Below are positions 9,710-19,525 of a DNA stretch of 60,535 bases, piece after piece. Source of the stretch: Verrucomicrobiota bacterium. Lineage in GTDB: Bacteria; Verrucomicrobiota; Verrucomicrobiia; Limisphaerales; JAYTXL01. The stretch lies in NCBI GenBank assembly GCA_043742955.1, contig JAYTXL010000446.1, positions 1 through 60,535 of the forward strand, read 5' to 3'. The notes below the pieces were generated by a model. It made no database searches, was not told the origin of the DNA, and saw nothing but the letters and a program-made list of their open reading frames with translations. Position 1 is the first letter of the stretch. Every line of letters starts with the position of its first letter. The position numbers were made by a program, and so were the translations under genes.

Positions 9710-9909
9710 CGCGGCTTAACCGGAACCAGGCAGTCAAAACGGAAGGGAACAAACGCCGAGATGCAAAGAACGCGGAGCGGCGCCGAATTATTATTCGCCA
9801 CCGGGTGCACTGAAAAGGGTGCACACGAGATCAGCCTTCAGTCGGCGATCCTCGGCGCTCTCCGCGCCTCTGCGTCGGTCGGGTTCGGTTGCATAGGCCT
9901 GGATTCGGT

Positions 9910-10980
9910 TCAAATCTTGACCTTGAATTCCTCACCTGTCTTGAGGGATAGCGCGAAACCGGCCATCAGTTCGGGAATTTTCTCCAGATCCTTCAAGCTC
10001 ACCAGTTCCACCGGCGAATGCATGTAACGGTTCGGCAGGCTAATCAGGGCGCTGGGAATGCCGCCCCGCGTCCAGAATATCACGTCGGTGTCCGTGCCGC
10101 TGGAGGATGACATCGCTTCGTGCTGCAACTGGATTTTCTTGGCCTTGGCGACGCTTTCGATCCGTTCCACCACCATGGGATGATTGCAGCCGCCGTGCGT
10201 GATGGTCGGCCCCTTGCCGATCTGCACGTCGCCGTGCTGCGCCTGGCTGACCGTGGGATAATCGGTGGCGTGGGTCACATCCACCACGAGCGCCACGTCC
10301 GGCTTGAGCGAATACGCGATCTGCCGGGCGCCCAAAAGGCCGACTTCCTCCATGATGTTGGAGACCGCGCAAATCTCCGCTTTGAGTTTGCCCTGGTGCG
10401 CGCCTAACAACCGCAGCGCCTCCGCCACCGCAAACGTCCCAATGCGGTTGTCAAAGGCCCGGGCAATCGCCAGGTCGCCGCGCAGCAATTCAAACTCATC
10501 CACCAGCGTAATCGGATCACCGATGCGCACCAGCCTCTCGGCCTTTTTCCGACTGCCGACCCCGATGTCGATGAACAGGTCTTCAATCTTGGGGATCTTG
10601 CGTTCGCCATCGGATTTGGTCAGGTGTGGCGCGACATTGCCGACGACACCCTTCACCGGGCCAGACTTGGTGTGGATGTTCACCCGCTGCGCCTTGGTGA
10701 TCGCGGCATCGACGCCGCCGAGCTTGCGGACGTAAATGAAGCCATTCTTGTCGATGAAATTCACGGTCATGGCGATTTCGTCCGCATGGGCGGCGAGCAT
10801 CAGGCGCGGGGAACCACCCTTGTTCAGCACGGCGACCGCGTTGCCGTAGGCGTCGGAAAAAGTTTCCTCGGCGAACGGGCTGACATAATCCAGCCACACG
10901 CGCTGGCCGCGGGCTTCGTGTCCGGAAGGGCTGGGGGTGTTGACCAGTTTTTGAAGAAAGTGCAGTGATTCATCGCGCAT
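9910..10980 (-). CDS. M42-family metallopeptidase (FrvX/glutamyl aminopeptidase-like)
   Basis: N-terminus LQKLVNTPSPSGHE, AHADEI, FDNRIG and EEVGLLGA blocks are characteristic of the M42 family. Confidence 0.85.
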   Translation of the reverse strand: MRDESLHFLQKLVNTPSPSGHEARGQRVWLDYVSPFAEETFSDAYGNAVAVLNKGGSPRLMLAAHADEIAMTVNFIDKNGFIYVRKLGGVDAAITKAQRVNIHTKSGPVKGVVGNVAPHLTKSDGERKIPKIEDLFIDIGVGSRKKAERLVRIGDPITLVDEFELLRGDLAIARAFDNRIGTFAVAEALRLLGAHQGKLKAEICAVSNIMEEVGLLGARQIAYSLKPDVALVVDVTHATDYPTVSQAQHGDVQIGKGPTITHGGCNHPMVVERIESVAKAKKIQLQHEAMSSSSGTDTDVIFWTRGGIPSALISLPNRYMHSPVELVSLKDLEKIPELMAGFALSLKTGEEFKVKI

Positions 10981-11082
10981 GGGATAAGTATGGCAGTCAC
11001 TCCGTGGGAGGCAAGCGGGAGATTCATGCGAAAGCTTCTGCTTGCCGCCTTCCGCCTCAAACCTCTAGCCTCCGGTCTGAAC

Positions 11083-12159
11083 ATGCGCTCTGAGTTGTTA
11101 AAAAATGTCAGCCGAATCGTGGTGAAGCTGGGCACCGGTGTCCTAACCGACAGCCGCAAGCAGTTGGACCCGGCCCAGGTGGAGCAACTGGTGGTGCAGG
11201 TCGCCGAGCAACGAAAGGCGGGGAAGGAGATCGTGATCGTCACCTCCGGTGCCGTCGGCGCGGGGATGGGGGCGCTCGGTTTTGAAAAGCGACCGGGCGA
11301 ACTGGCGGAATTGCAAGCGTGCGCCGCTATTGGCCAATCACGACTGATGGCGATTTACGAGCGACTGTTTGCAAAGTTTGAGCTGCAGGTGGCCCAGGTG
11401 TTGCTCACCCACGAGGACTTGGAGCATCATGAACGACATCTCAATGCCCGCAACACGCTCGTATCGCTGCTGAACCACGGGGTCATCCCCATCATCAATG
11501 AGAACGACGCCGTGTCGTTCACCGAGCTGAAGTTCGGCGACAACGACAAACTCTCGGCCCTCGTGGCTTCGCTGCTGCCGGCGGATCTGCTGGTCATTCT
11601 AACGACGGTGGATGGCGTGATTGAGAATTTTGGCAAGGATGATCCGCGCACCATTCCCACCATTGAGCGCGTGGACGAGACGGTGGAGAAAATTTCCGGC
11701 GGCACGACGAGCGCCACCGCGGTGGGCGGCATGGCCTCGAAGATCCAGGCCGCCAAGATTGTGATGCGTTCCGGCATCCCGCTGGTCATTGCCTCGGGCA
11801 AGAAGAAGTCCGTGCTGGCCCGTGTTCTGGCGGGAAGCGAAGAGGGGACGATCTTCGTTCCGCAGCCGAACAAACTGGCGGGTCGCAAGCGCTGGATCGC
11901 ATTTTTCCACCATCCCAAAGGCGCGCTATTCGTGGACAACGGTGCGAAGCAAGCGCTGCGTGAAGCCGGTAAAAGCCTCTTGCCGCCGGGCGTCGCGCGG
12001 TGCGAGGGGGAATTTTTGGCCGACGATGTCGTGCGGCTCTGCGACTTGGATGGCACCGAATTTGCCCGTGGCATTGCGAAGTTCAGCGCCGACGAAATCC
12101 GGGCTCGGAAGCTCGTCCGGGTTGAACTTGTGCATCGGGATGACCTAGTGATTTTATGA
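11083..12159 (+). CDS. proB: Glutamate 5-kinase with C-terminal PUA domain
   Basis: VVKLGTGVLT, IVTSGAVGAGM and IINENDAVS motifs. The C-terminal 90 aa are PUA-like. ORF trimmed to ATG 11083. Confidence 0.9.
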   Translation: MRSELLKNVSRIVVKLGTGVLTDSRKQLDPAQVEQLVVQVAEQRKAGKEIVIVTSGAVGAGMGALGFEKRPGELAELQACAAIGQSRLMAIYERLFAKFELQVAQVLLTHEDLEHHERHLNARNTLVSLLNHGVIPIINENDAVSFTELKFGDNDKLSALVASLLPADLLVILTTVDGVIENFGKDDPRTIPTIERVDETVEKISGGTTSATAVGGMASKIQAAKIVMRSGIPLVIASGKKKSVLARVLAGSEEGTIFVPQPNKLAGRKRWIAFFHHPKGALFVDNGAKQALREAGKSLLPPGVARCEGEFLADDVVRLCDLDGTEFARGIAKFSADEIRARKLVRVELVHRDDLVIL

Positions 12160-12273
12160 ATTCACAAACCCTCAACCTTCAATTTTGCTACGCCCAAGGC
12201 GGGAGCATGCGGGGGGCGAGGCTGGCTTCGATTGAAGTTCAGGCGTTGAGTGGTGGATGTTAAAGTGCCCGCA

Positions 12274-12951
12274 ATGAAAACGAACTCGGCCCTCCAGGAT
12301 TTGCTCACCATCATGGCGCAGCTTCGTTCCCCGGCGGGTTGCCCGTGGGACCGCGAACAAACGCATCGGACCCTGCGTTTCCACGCGGTGGAGGAGGTCT
12401 ATGAGTTGATGGACGCAATCGAGGCGGGGGACGACCATGAGCTGCGGGAGGAATTGGGCGATCTGTTATTGCAGGTCGTTTTCCATTGCCAACTCGCCCA
12501 GGAGCGCGGCGCCTTCGATTTCGGGCAGGTCGCCCGGCAGATTGCGGACAAACTGGTTCGCCGCCACCCGCATGTCTTCGGCGATGTGAAAGTGAAAGAC
12601 GTGGCCGAAGTCTGGGCGAATTGGGAGCAAATCAAGAAGGCCGAAAAGCACGGCACCCGGCAGGCGCGGCCTTCGGTTCTCGATGGCATCCCGAAACATT
12701 TACCGGCGTTGCTGCGCGCGGAGAAGCTGGTAAGGAAGGCGCGTAAAGGAAAACTGCTGGCCGACGGCAAAGCCGGGTCGCGTCGGACTAAACCGTCGGT
12801 GGCGGGGCAACTATTTGAGCTGACGGAGTACGCGCAGGGCCGTGGGTGGTCGGCGGAGGAATTATTGCGCGCCGAGACTCGGAAAAGGGAGGTTGCCTGG
12901 CGGCGATTGGAAAAATCACAAGCGCCTCGACAAACCTCCCCAATTCGTTAG
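12274..12951 (+). CDS. mazG: MazG nucleoside triphosphate pyrophosphohydrolase
   Basis: [23 protein letters not shown] and RRHPHVFG motifs. Trimmed to ATG 12274. Confidence 0.8.
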   Translation: MKTNSALQDLLTIMAQLRSPAGCPWDREQTHRTLRFHAVEEVYELMDAIEAGDDHELREELGDLLLQVVFHCQLAQERGAFDFGQVARQIADKLVRRHPHVFGDVKVKDVAEVWANWEQIKKAEKHGTRQARPSVLDGIPKHLPALLRAEKLVRKARKGKLLADGKAGSRRTKPSVAGQLFELTEYAQGRGWSAEELLRAETRKREVAWRRLEKSQAPRQTSPIR

Positions 12952-12968
12952 CTTTGCCGCACACAACT

Positions 12969-14078
12969 ATGACTGATCCCCGTTACCTCAAGCTGGCCCG
13001 ACTGTTGGTTGAATATTCCACCGCCATGAAAAAGGGCGAGCATATCCTGCTCGACATGATTGATGTGCCGGATGACTTTTCCGTCGAATTGATCCGCGCC
13101 GTGCGCGCGGCGGGAGCCACGCCGTTGATCGAGGTCCGGCACACCCGCGTCACGCGCGAAATGCTCCGGGGAACGAATGAGGAGCAGGCCCGGATGATTC
13201 GGGACGTCGAGATGTACCGGATGAAAAAAGTCCAGGCCTACATCGCCATCCGCGGCAGCCATAACGCCAGCGAAACCGCCGATGTGGCCAGCGACCGGAT
13301 GGCGCTGCACGCGCGCACCCTGCGGCCGGTCCTGGATTATCGGGTCAATAAAACCCGCTGGTGCGTGCTACGCTGGCCGACGCCGAGCATGGCCCAGGCG
13401 GCCGGCATGAGCACCGAGGCATTTGAGGATTTTTATTTTGCTGTCTGCACGATGGACTATCGCAAGATGGCCCGGGCCATGGTGCCGCTGGAAAACCGGA
13501 TGCAAAAGGCCGACCGGGTCCAGATCAAAGCGCCGGGCACGGACCTGACCTTTAGCATCAAAGGCATTGGCGCCCGGGCCTGCAACGGTCTGCGCAATAT
13601 TCCGGACGGCGAGGTCTTTTCCTGCCCGGTCAAGGACTCGGTCAACGGTCATATTCAATTCAACGCCCCGACCATTTATTCCGGCACCCGGTTTGAAAAT
13701 ATCCGGCTGGAATTTGCGGCGGGGAAAGTGGTGAAAGCCACCGGGAGCGACACCCGCCGGTTGAATGAAATTTTAGATACGGATGCCGGGGCACGGTTCA
13801 TCGGCGAATTTGCCATTGGGTTTAATCCGTACATTCAAACCCCGATGTGCGACATCCTGTTTGATGAGAAAATCGCCGGCTCTTTCCACTTCACCCCGGG
13901 GCAGGCGTATGAGGTGTGCGACAATGGCAATCGCTCGGCGGTCCATTGGGACATGGTGCAGATCCAGCGGCCCGATTGGGGCGGGGGAGAAATCCGGTTT
14001 GACGGCGAACTGATCCGCCAGGATGGCATGTTTGTGCCGAAAGACCTGAAGCCTTTGAATCCAGCGCGACTAAAATAG
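12969..14078 (+). CDS. M29-family aminopeptidase (AmpS/PepS-like)
   Basis: 370 aa from ATG 12969. Blocks [18 protein letters not shown] and HWDMV are typical of aminopeptidase T/II. Confidence 0.8.
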   Translation: MTDPRYLKLARLLVEYSTAMKKGEHILLDMIDVPDDFSVELIRAVRAAGATPLIEVRHTRVTREMLRGTNEEQARMIRDVEMYRMKKVQAYIAIRGSHNASETADVASDRMALHARTLRPVLDYRVNKTRWCVLRWPTPSMAQAAGMSTEAFEDFYFAVCTMDYRKMARAMVPLENRMQKADRVQIKAPGTDLTFSIKGIGARACNGLRNIPDGEVFSCPVKDSVNGHIQFNAPTIYSGTRFENIRLEFAAGKVVKATGSDTRRLNEILDTDAGARFIGEFAIGFNPYIQTPMCDILFDEKIAGSFHFTPGQAYEVCDNGNRSAVHWDMVQIQRPDWGGGEIRFDGELIRQDGMFVPKDLKPLNPARLK

Positions 14079-14163
14079 CAGCGCCTCCGCAGCGCGAGCA
14101 AGCCGCCGGGATTCCGGCCCAAGGTCCGGCCCGCCATCCGGGCGGGCAAAAAAACTCCGGCGG

Positions 14164-15042
14164 CTAACTTTCCTTGACGATATTCAGAAACTGTTTCATG
14201 GCCGGAGACAGCACTTTGTTCTTTTTGTAGATCGCGGCCAGTGGCCGGTAGAATTCGCTGTCCTCCAACTGCACTTGCGCCAGCGTTTGCTTGGAGATTT
14301 CCTGGGCGACGGTGCCCAGCGGCACGATGGAAATGCCGGCGTCAATTTCGACCGCCCGTTTGACGGTTTCCACGTTGTCGAACTCCATCACATGCAGCAC
14401 TTCGATGTTGCGGTCCTTCAAAATCTTGTCGATGGCCTTGCGCGTGGGGATGTCGGGTTCAAAGCCGATGAATTTCTGGCCGGCGAGGGCGCTGAGTTTG
14501 ATGCTTTTGGATTTCGCCAGCGGGTGTTGTGGATGGCAGATGAGCACCAGCTTGTCCTTGCGCAAGGCCACCACTTCGAGGCGCGGGTCCTTGTTCGGAT
14601 ACGCCACCAGCCCCATGTCCACCACATTGCTCAACACGTCATCATACACCTGGTTGGACCGGCGGTATTCCACGTGCACATTCACGGTGGGGTAGGTCTT
14701 CATGAACCGCTTGATGTAGGGCGGCAGGTCATGCAGACCAATGCTGTAAATGGTGGAGACGCGGATGGTTCCCGAGATGATGTCCTTGATTTCCTGAATC
14801 TTGCTGTGCAGCAGGTCGTACGTCTGAATGATCTGTTTGCTGTATTCGTACAGCACCTGGCCTTCGCGGGTCAGGCGGAACTTCTTCTTGCTGCGCTCGA
14901 TCAGCATCGATTTAAACTGGCGCTCCAGCGAACTGATCTGCTGGCTGACGGCGGACTGGGTGACGCCGTTGATCTGGGCGGCCTTGGTGAAACTCTCGGT
15001 TTCCGCGAGGTCACAATACACTTTTAGGCTTTCGATTTGCAT
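14164..15042 (-). CDS. LysR-family transcriptional regulator
   Basis: N-terminal HTH SFTKAAQINGVTQSAVSQQISSLE followed by a LysR substrate-binding fold of the expected length. Confidence 0.85.
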   Translation of the reverse strand: MQIESLKVYCDLAETESFTKAAQINGVTQSAVSQQISSLERQFKSMLIERSKKKFRLTREGQVLYEYSKQIIQTYDLLHSKIQEIKDIISGTIRVSTIYSIGLHDLPPYIKRFMKTYPTVNVHVEYRRSNQVYDDVLSNVVDMGLVAYPNKDPRLEVVALRKDKLVLICHPQHPLAKSKSIKLSALAGQKFIGFEPDIPTRKAIDKILKDRNIEVLHVMEFDNVETVKRAVEIDAGISIVPLGTVAQEISKQTLAQVQLEDSEFYRPLAAIYKKNKVLSPAMKQFLNIVKES

Positions 15043-15095
15043 GAAAAAAATTAAACACTGAAAACCGCAATCACGTCAACTAATGTCGGTCTGCC

Positions 15096-16583
15096 TCAGG
15101 CCAGCGTCTGTTTGACCTTCTTAAGCAATTCCTGGCTGGTGAACGGCTTTTGCAGGTAGCCTTCATCCCCCTTGTCTTTGCCGGAACGCACAAATCCGCT
15201 CGAGCAAAGGATGCGCAGGCCAGGCGCGAGAACCTTCAGGTGGTCGATCAGTTCGCGGCCGCTCATGTTGGGCATCACCTGGTCGGTGATCACCAGGTCG
15301 ATGGACTGCTTTTTCTGGGTGATGATTTCCAGGGCTTGGTGGCCGCTGCTGGCGGTCAACACCTGATAGCCGTAGGCGGAAAGGATCATCTGCCCCATCC
15401 TCAGCAGCATCTCCTCGTCGTCCACCATGAGGATGGTCTGATGCCCGCGGAGTTCCTCCTTGGTGAAACAACTGTCCTTGACCACACTCCCTGCGGCAGG
15501 CAGATAGACCCGAATAATCGTGCCCTGACGCAGTTCGCTGGTGACCTCCAGCGTGCCGCCGTGATTGGTGACAATGCCGTACACCCAGGTCAAACCCAGG
15601 CCGCGGTGGCCGGTCTTGCTCGTGAAAAACGGATCGAAGATCCGGGGCAAAAGCACCGCGTCGATCCCGCAGCCATTATCCACGACTTCCAGGCAAACAT
15701 AGCGTCCTGCGGTCAATGGCACGCCGGTGGGCCGGGACTTTTCGTCCATACTCAGGTTGCGGGATCGAACAATGATGCGGCCAGCCCCGCCCACCGCTTC
15801 CGCCGCATTTTCCAGAAGTTTGATCATCGCCTGATGCAGCTTGGCTTCATCAAAATGCGCCGCCAACAAATTGCCTTCCAGTTGTAGTTCCCACGTGATT
15901 CCAGCGAGGGTGGTGGGTTGGTAAACTGCCAGCGTGCGGCGGATCAATTCGTTGAGATTTCCCGGCGCCAGGACGCGCGTCTCCTTTTCCTGCTGGCTAA
16001 AGGTGGCCAGGTCATGGGCGATTTCGGCCGCTTTCCCCGCCGCCTTTTCCACCTCAATGAGCGAACTGCGCCAGGGATGCTCCGGTTCCATGGAACTGAG
16101 CAAAAGGGAGGTGTGTCCCAGAATGCCGGTGAGGGCGTTGTTGAAATCCAAAGCCATGGTCCGGGCCAGTTGCAGGGCGCAGTCCAGCTTTTGCTTGTGG
16201 GCCAGCGCGGTGTCGGCGTGCTCCGATTTTGCCGCCACCGCCAGGGTGGCGGCCGCGGCAAACATCTGGAAGAGATAATATTTCTGCCCGCCCAGGTTCA
16301 CCGGCGCAATGTAAGTGGAAAAAATCGAGGTGGAACCCCCTTTAACGCAGTATTTCAGCCGGTGCATCCGCGCCGTGGACGATTCCATCCGCCCGAGGAA
16401 AAATTCCGATTTCGCCTCGTTGTCCGTCGACCAAATGGCGCTGAGGTGCGTGAAATTCTCCTCCATGGTGGTTCCGAACATGGCCCGGGAGGCCTGATTT
16501 GCGCGGCGAACGACCCCGGAGCCGTCGATTAAAATTGCGGGCCAGGCGGCGTTTTCCAGTGCAAAAATGAGCTCGTCTTTCAT
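15096..16583 (-). CDS. Hybrid sensor histidine kinase / response regulator (PAS-HisKA-HATPase-REC)
   Basis: H-box FNNALTGILGHTSLL, N/G boxes DNGCGI and GLGLTWVYGIVTNHGG. C-terminal receiver with ILMVDDEE...ITDQVMPNMSG...KPF. Confidence 0.85.
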   Translation of the reverse strand: MKDELIFALENAAWPAILIDGSGVVRRANQASRAMFGTTMEENFTHLSAIWSTDNEAKSEFFLGRMESSTARMHRLKYCVKGGSTSIFSTYIAPVNLGGQKYYLFQMFAAAATLAVAAKSEHADTALAHKQKLDCALQLARTMALDFNNALTGILGHTSLLLSSMEPEHPWRSSLIEVEKAAGKAAEIAHDLATFSQQEKETRVLAPGNLNELIRRTLAVYQPTTLAGITWELQLEGNLLAAHFDEAKLHQAMIKLLENAAEAVGGAGRIIVRSRNLSMDEKSRPTGVPLTAGRYVCLEVVDNGCGIDAVLLPRIFDPFFTSKTGHRGLGLTWVYGIVTNHGGTLEVTSELRQGTIIRVYLPAAGSVVKDSCFTKEELRGHQTILMVDDEEMLLRMGQMILSAYGYQVLTASSGHQALEIITQKKQSIDLVITDQVMPNMSGRELIDHLKVLAPGLRILCSSGFVRSGKDKGDEGYLQKPFTSQELLKKVKQTLA

Positions 16584-16762
16584 TCGTATCTGCTCGAATT
16601 GATGTCGGATATTTGTCCTCTTGCTCCGCCAATGCGCAATCTAAATGTGGGGAACTTGCGTCAACACCTTCCGCAGTCAGCCCGGCCGCGCCCACCGCAA
16701 ACTACGAATGGTGGGCGACGGCGCTTTCCCTTGCCGCCCGCGCGGCGGATCTCCGGCGCGCT

Positions 16763-17590
16763 TTAGTGTAGAGCGGGATCCGGTTGGGCTTGGTCATAAA
16801 GTCCTAAAAAACGCAACAGCAACCGGGTTGCTTGCGCTCCTACCCGCCGCGACTGCCGCAGGATTTCGTCGTGGCTTAGCTTCCCCTGCTGCCGGCCTGC
16901 CGCCCGATTCGTGATGCAGGAAATCGCCGCGACGCGCAGGCCGTATTGGCGCGCGACCATCGCTTCTGGAACGGTGCTCATCCCCACGGCATCCGCACCG
17001 AGCCGGGCGAAGGCGCGAATTTCCGCCGGCGTTTCATAGCTCGGCCCGGAAACCGCCAGGTAAACCCCCCGATGCAATTTTACTTTCGCCGCCCTGGCCG
17101 CTCGGTTCAGCAGCGTGCCGAGGGCTTGGTCATACGTATCCGACATATCAACGAATGCTTCACCGCCGGGCGGCGCGCCGCCGCGCAGGGGATTGGCGCC
17201 CATGAAGTTGATATGGTCGGTCAACCGCATGAATTCACCGGGTTGGTAGCGCCGGTTGATCCCGCCGGCCGCGTTGGTGAGGAGCAGATCGCGCACCCCA
17301 ATTTCCGCCAGCACGCGCACCGGAAACGTCACCTGCGCCAGGGAATGGCCTTCATAATAATGCGCCCGCCCGCACAGGAGCGCCACCGGCGTTTCCCCCA
17401 GATGGCCCACTAGGAACCGGCCTTCGTGTCCGGCCACGTTCACAGGGGGGAAGCCTGGCAGACGGTCATAGGGCAGCTCCGCTGCCACGCGCACCTGGTC
17501 CACCACGTGCTGGAAGCCGCTGCCCAGAACAATCGCGAGCTGGGGGCGCAGGCGCGTAAGCTTTTTGATTTTGGCGGTCGCGGTTTCCAT
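16763..17590 (-). CDS. Purine nucleoside phosphorylase (trimeric PNP/MTAP family)
   Basis: IVLGSGF, GHEGRF, GRAHYYEG and VGMSTVPE motifs. Trimmed to ATG 17590. Confidence 0.85.
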   Translation of the reverse strand: METATAKIKKLTRLRPQLAIVLGSGFQHVVDQVRVAAELPYDRLPGFPPVNVAGHEGRFLVGHLGETPVALLCGRAHYYEGHSLAQVTFPVRVLAEIGVRDLLLTNAAGGINRRYQPGEFMRLTDHINFMGANPLRGGAPPGGEAFVDMSDTYDQALGTLLNRAARAAKVKLHRGVYLAVSGPSYETPAEIRAFARLGADAVGMSTVPEAMVARQYGLRVAAISCITNRAAGRQQGKLSHDEILRQSRRVGAQATRLLLRFLGLYDQAQPDPALH

Positions 17591-17764
17591 CGGCGCATTA
17601 AGCCACAGAGTGCACTCGAATGAAACCTTGATTCTTCTCAACGCCAAGGTGCCAGGATTTCCAACCGAAGAGGAACTCCACCCGCTTCTGTGAATGTTGT
17701 TGAATTCAAATGGCGAGACCATAGTATGCGTGCTGTTCCGTCGCCCTGACGGGACGCAATGGCT

Positions 17765-17841
17765 CGGGGCGTAGCGTAGCTTGGTAGCGCGTCTGAATGG
17801 GGTTCAGAAGGTCGTGAGTTCAAATCTCACCGCCCCGACCA
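17765..17841 (+). tRNA. tRNA-Pro (anticodon GGG), CCA encoded
   Basis: Cloverleaf folded by hand. Acceptor stem CGGGGCG/CGCCCCG, D stem GCGT/GCGC, anticodon stem TCTGA/TCAGA with loop A-U-GGG-G-U, T arm GTGAG-TTCAAAT-CTCAC, discriminator A, then CCA. Confidence 0.9.
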
Positions 17842-18130
17842 TTTTAATAAAAACTTCCACTTGCTGGCCTTCAGGATCGGCTGGGAAGTTGTCCACTGCC
17901 CAAGCAAGCCAGGCAGCTCGTGCTTTCCCCGCTGCTCGGCAATCAGAATCGAAGTCGAAGTGTCGAGGATCAGTCCCATTTGGACTTTGGTGCCGGCGGG
18001 CTCGCGTGGTCACGCTCCAGGTCATGGGCGAAGGCGCTGGCTACTTCTGGGTCCCGCCGCTCCAATTCTACCGGCACGGTGTTCATGGATATGCCCAGCC
18101 GCGCTGGGTCCGTCGATCCTTTTTCCAACC

Positions 18131-18160
18131 GCAGATGGACGCAGATAAACGCAGATGAAA
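18131..18160. repeat. Three tandem 10-bp units (GCAGATGGAC GCAGATAAAC GCAGATGAAA) of a decamer repeat family
   Basis: Read directly. An inverted single unit (CCCATCTGCGC) lies at 18229-18239. Related arrays are at 7630-7649 and 49799-49828. Confidence 0.7.
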
Positions 18161-18269
18161 ACAGCCGACGGAGCAGCAGAAATTGCCTCACCCTTCGGTG
18201 AATATTTACGGGCCCCACTTGCCGCTATCCCATCTGCGCGTTTCGCTTCGGTTTCGACTGCATGGTTGG

Positions 18270-18782
18270 CTAAGAATTGAGCGCCAACGCCGCTTGGATG
18301 GTCCTGCCCGGCAGGAACAGTTCAAGTTCATTGGACGGGAGGGAAACAAAACCGAATTGCTCGTAGTAACATTTGGCTTCAACGTCTTTCGCATCCACGA
18401 ACAAGCCAATCCCGCCCGCCCTGTTGAAAATCTCGATTAAATACCCCAGGGCCGCCACCAGCAATAACTTCCCCATCCCCTGACGTTGATATGGCTTGGC
18501 GACGGCCAACCGGCCCAGCCTCATCCCGAAAACATCACGCGGCAACTTTTTCGCTTCTGGGGGCGAAAGCGACTCCGACTTTATCTGCCAAAGATTGAGG
18601 GAAAAAAAGCCAAGAATGAGCTTCGGTTCGGTGGCGTCTTCCTCAACCAGTACGAAAGTCCGGGAGATTCCCCGCGCTGCGTGTTGCCACGCTGTTTGCT
18701 TGAGAAACACGTTGAGCGGTTCACTCCCGCAGTCGAATCCGTCCCGGTCGTGCGACTTTGCCAGTAGTTCGATTTTACGCAC
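18270..18782 (-). CDS. GNAT-family acetyltransferase toxin (TacT-like)
   Basis: 170 aa with a GTG start. FDCGSEPLNVFLK and the acetyl-CoA motif RLAVAKPYQRQGMGKLLL are present. It overlaps the upstream DUF1778 gene by 8 bp. Confidence 0.8.
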   Translation of the reverse strand: MRKIELLAKSHDRDGFDCGSEPLNVFLKQTAWQHAARGISRTFVLVEEDATEPKLILGFFSLNLWQIKSESLSPPEAKKLPRDVFGMRLGRLAVAKPYQRQGMGKLLLVAALGYLIEIFNRAGGIGLFVDAKDVEAKCYYEQFGFVSLPSNELELFLPGRTIQAALALNS

Positions 18783-19059
18783 GCACCGTGCCTTTGAACG
18801 CTTTTACCGCGTCCTTCAGCCGCTGGTTGGGCCTGGGCGGATGGTCGAGCAAGGCCAGAACCTTCCGCGCGTCCTTTTGGGAAAGACGGATGACGGATTC
18901 GCGTTCGATCACGCGCTGCGCCTCCTGATACGCCGTTTGCACGACGAACTGGTTGACCGTCGCGCCCAAAAGCTCCGCCGCCTGGGCCAGCGTCACGCGC
19001 ACTTTGTCCGAAACGCGGGCCGTAATCCGCTTGCGCGGCACTTCCATTACATGTGCCAT
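18775..19059 (-). CDS. DUF1778 (TacA-like, RHH) antitoxin
   Basis: The C-terminal 95 codons of ORF 18775-19539 read MAHVMEVPRKRITARVSDKVRVTLAQAAELLGATVNQFVVQTAYQEAQRVIE. Start is ATG 19059 or 19047. The rest of the long ORF is translated repeat DNA. Confidence 0.8.
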   Translation of the reverse strand: MAHVMEVPRKRITARVSDKVRVTLAQAAELLGATVNQFVVQTAYQEAQRVIERESVIRLSQKDARKVLALLDHPPRPNQRLKDAVKAFKGTVRA

Positions 19060-19162
19060 GACGAGACGGTGCCACTTTGCCACCGGACGGTCAAGGGTGT
19101 TCCTTGGCGGGTAGGGGCTGGGCTGGCCTCGGTGGAATGGACCGTTCTTCAGGCTGGCTCTC

Positions 19163-19294
19163 AGCGCCAAAGGCGCACCCCATACCAGCCTGGGGCGATT
19201 GACCGGGCCTACAGCCCTCGATCCCGGTTTGTTTTCCACCTGGGGCGACGCTCCCGCGTCTCCCCAGGCTGTTATGGGACGCGCCTTTGGCGCT
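19163..19294. repeat. MITE/REP-like inverted repeat: two 33-nt arms (30/33 complementary) with a 66-nt spacer
   Basis: Arm 1 (19163-19195) is AGCGCCAAAGGCGCACCCCATACCAGCCTGGGG. Arm 2 (19262-19294) is CCCCAGGCTGTTATGGGACGCGCCTTTGGCGCT. The loop holds a nested hairpin GGGGCGACGC/GCGTCTCCCC. Confidence 0.75.
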
Positions 19295-19525
19295 GCTCGA
19301 TCCACCGAAAACTTCTTGGTTGAACTTCGGCTTTTCGGATATTTTGTTTCTTTTTTTTGCAAGTACCGCCAACTCGTTCGTGTAGTGGGTAGAATGAACA
19401 ATTGGCCCGATTTGGACTTTGACAAACACCCTGATTTTAGGGTGAAATCACCATTAGATGAATTTCTTTGCTGGCTCCAGAACTGGGGCGCTGCTTCGCC
19501 GGTAGGGACTGGATTCCAAGGAACT

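Noticed and set aside
14110-14160. GC hairpin GCCCGCC-ATCCG-GGCGGGC followed by AAAAAAA, between convergent M29 peptidase and LysR genes
   Set aside because: The A-run follows the stem on the plus strand and the T-run precedes it on the minus strand. Neither orientation therefore gives a canonical hairpin-then-U-tract intrinsic terminator.
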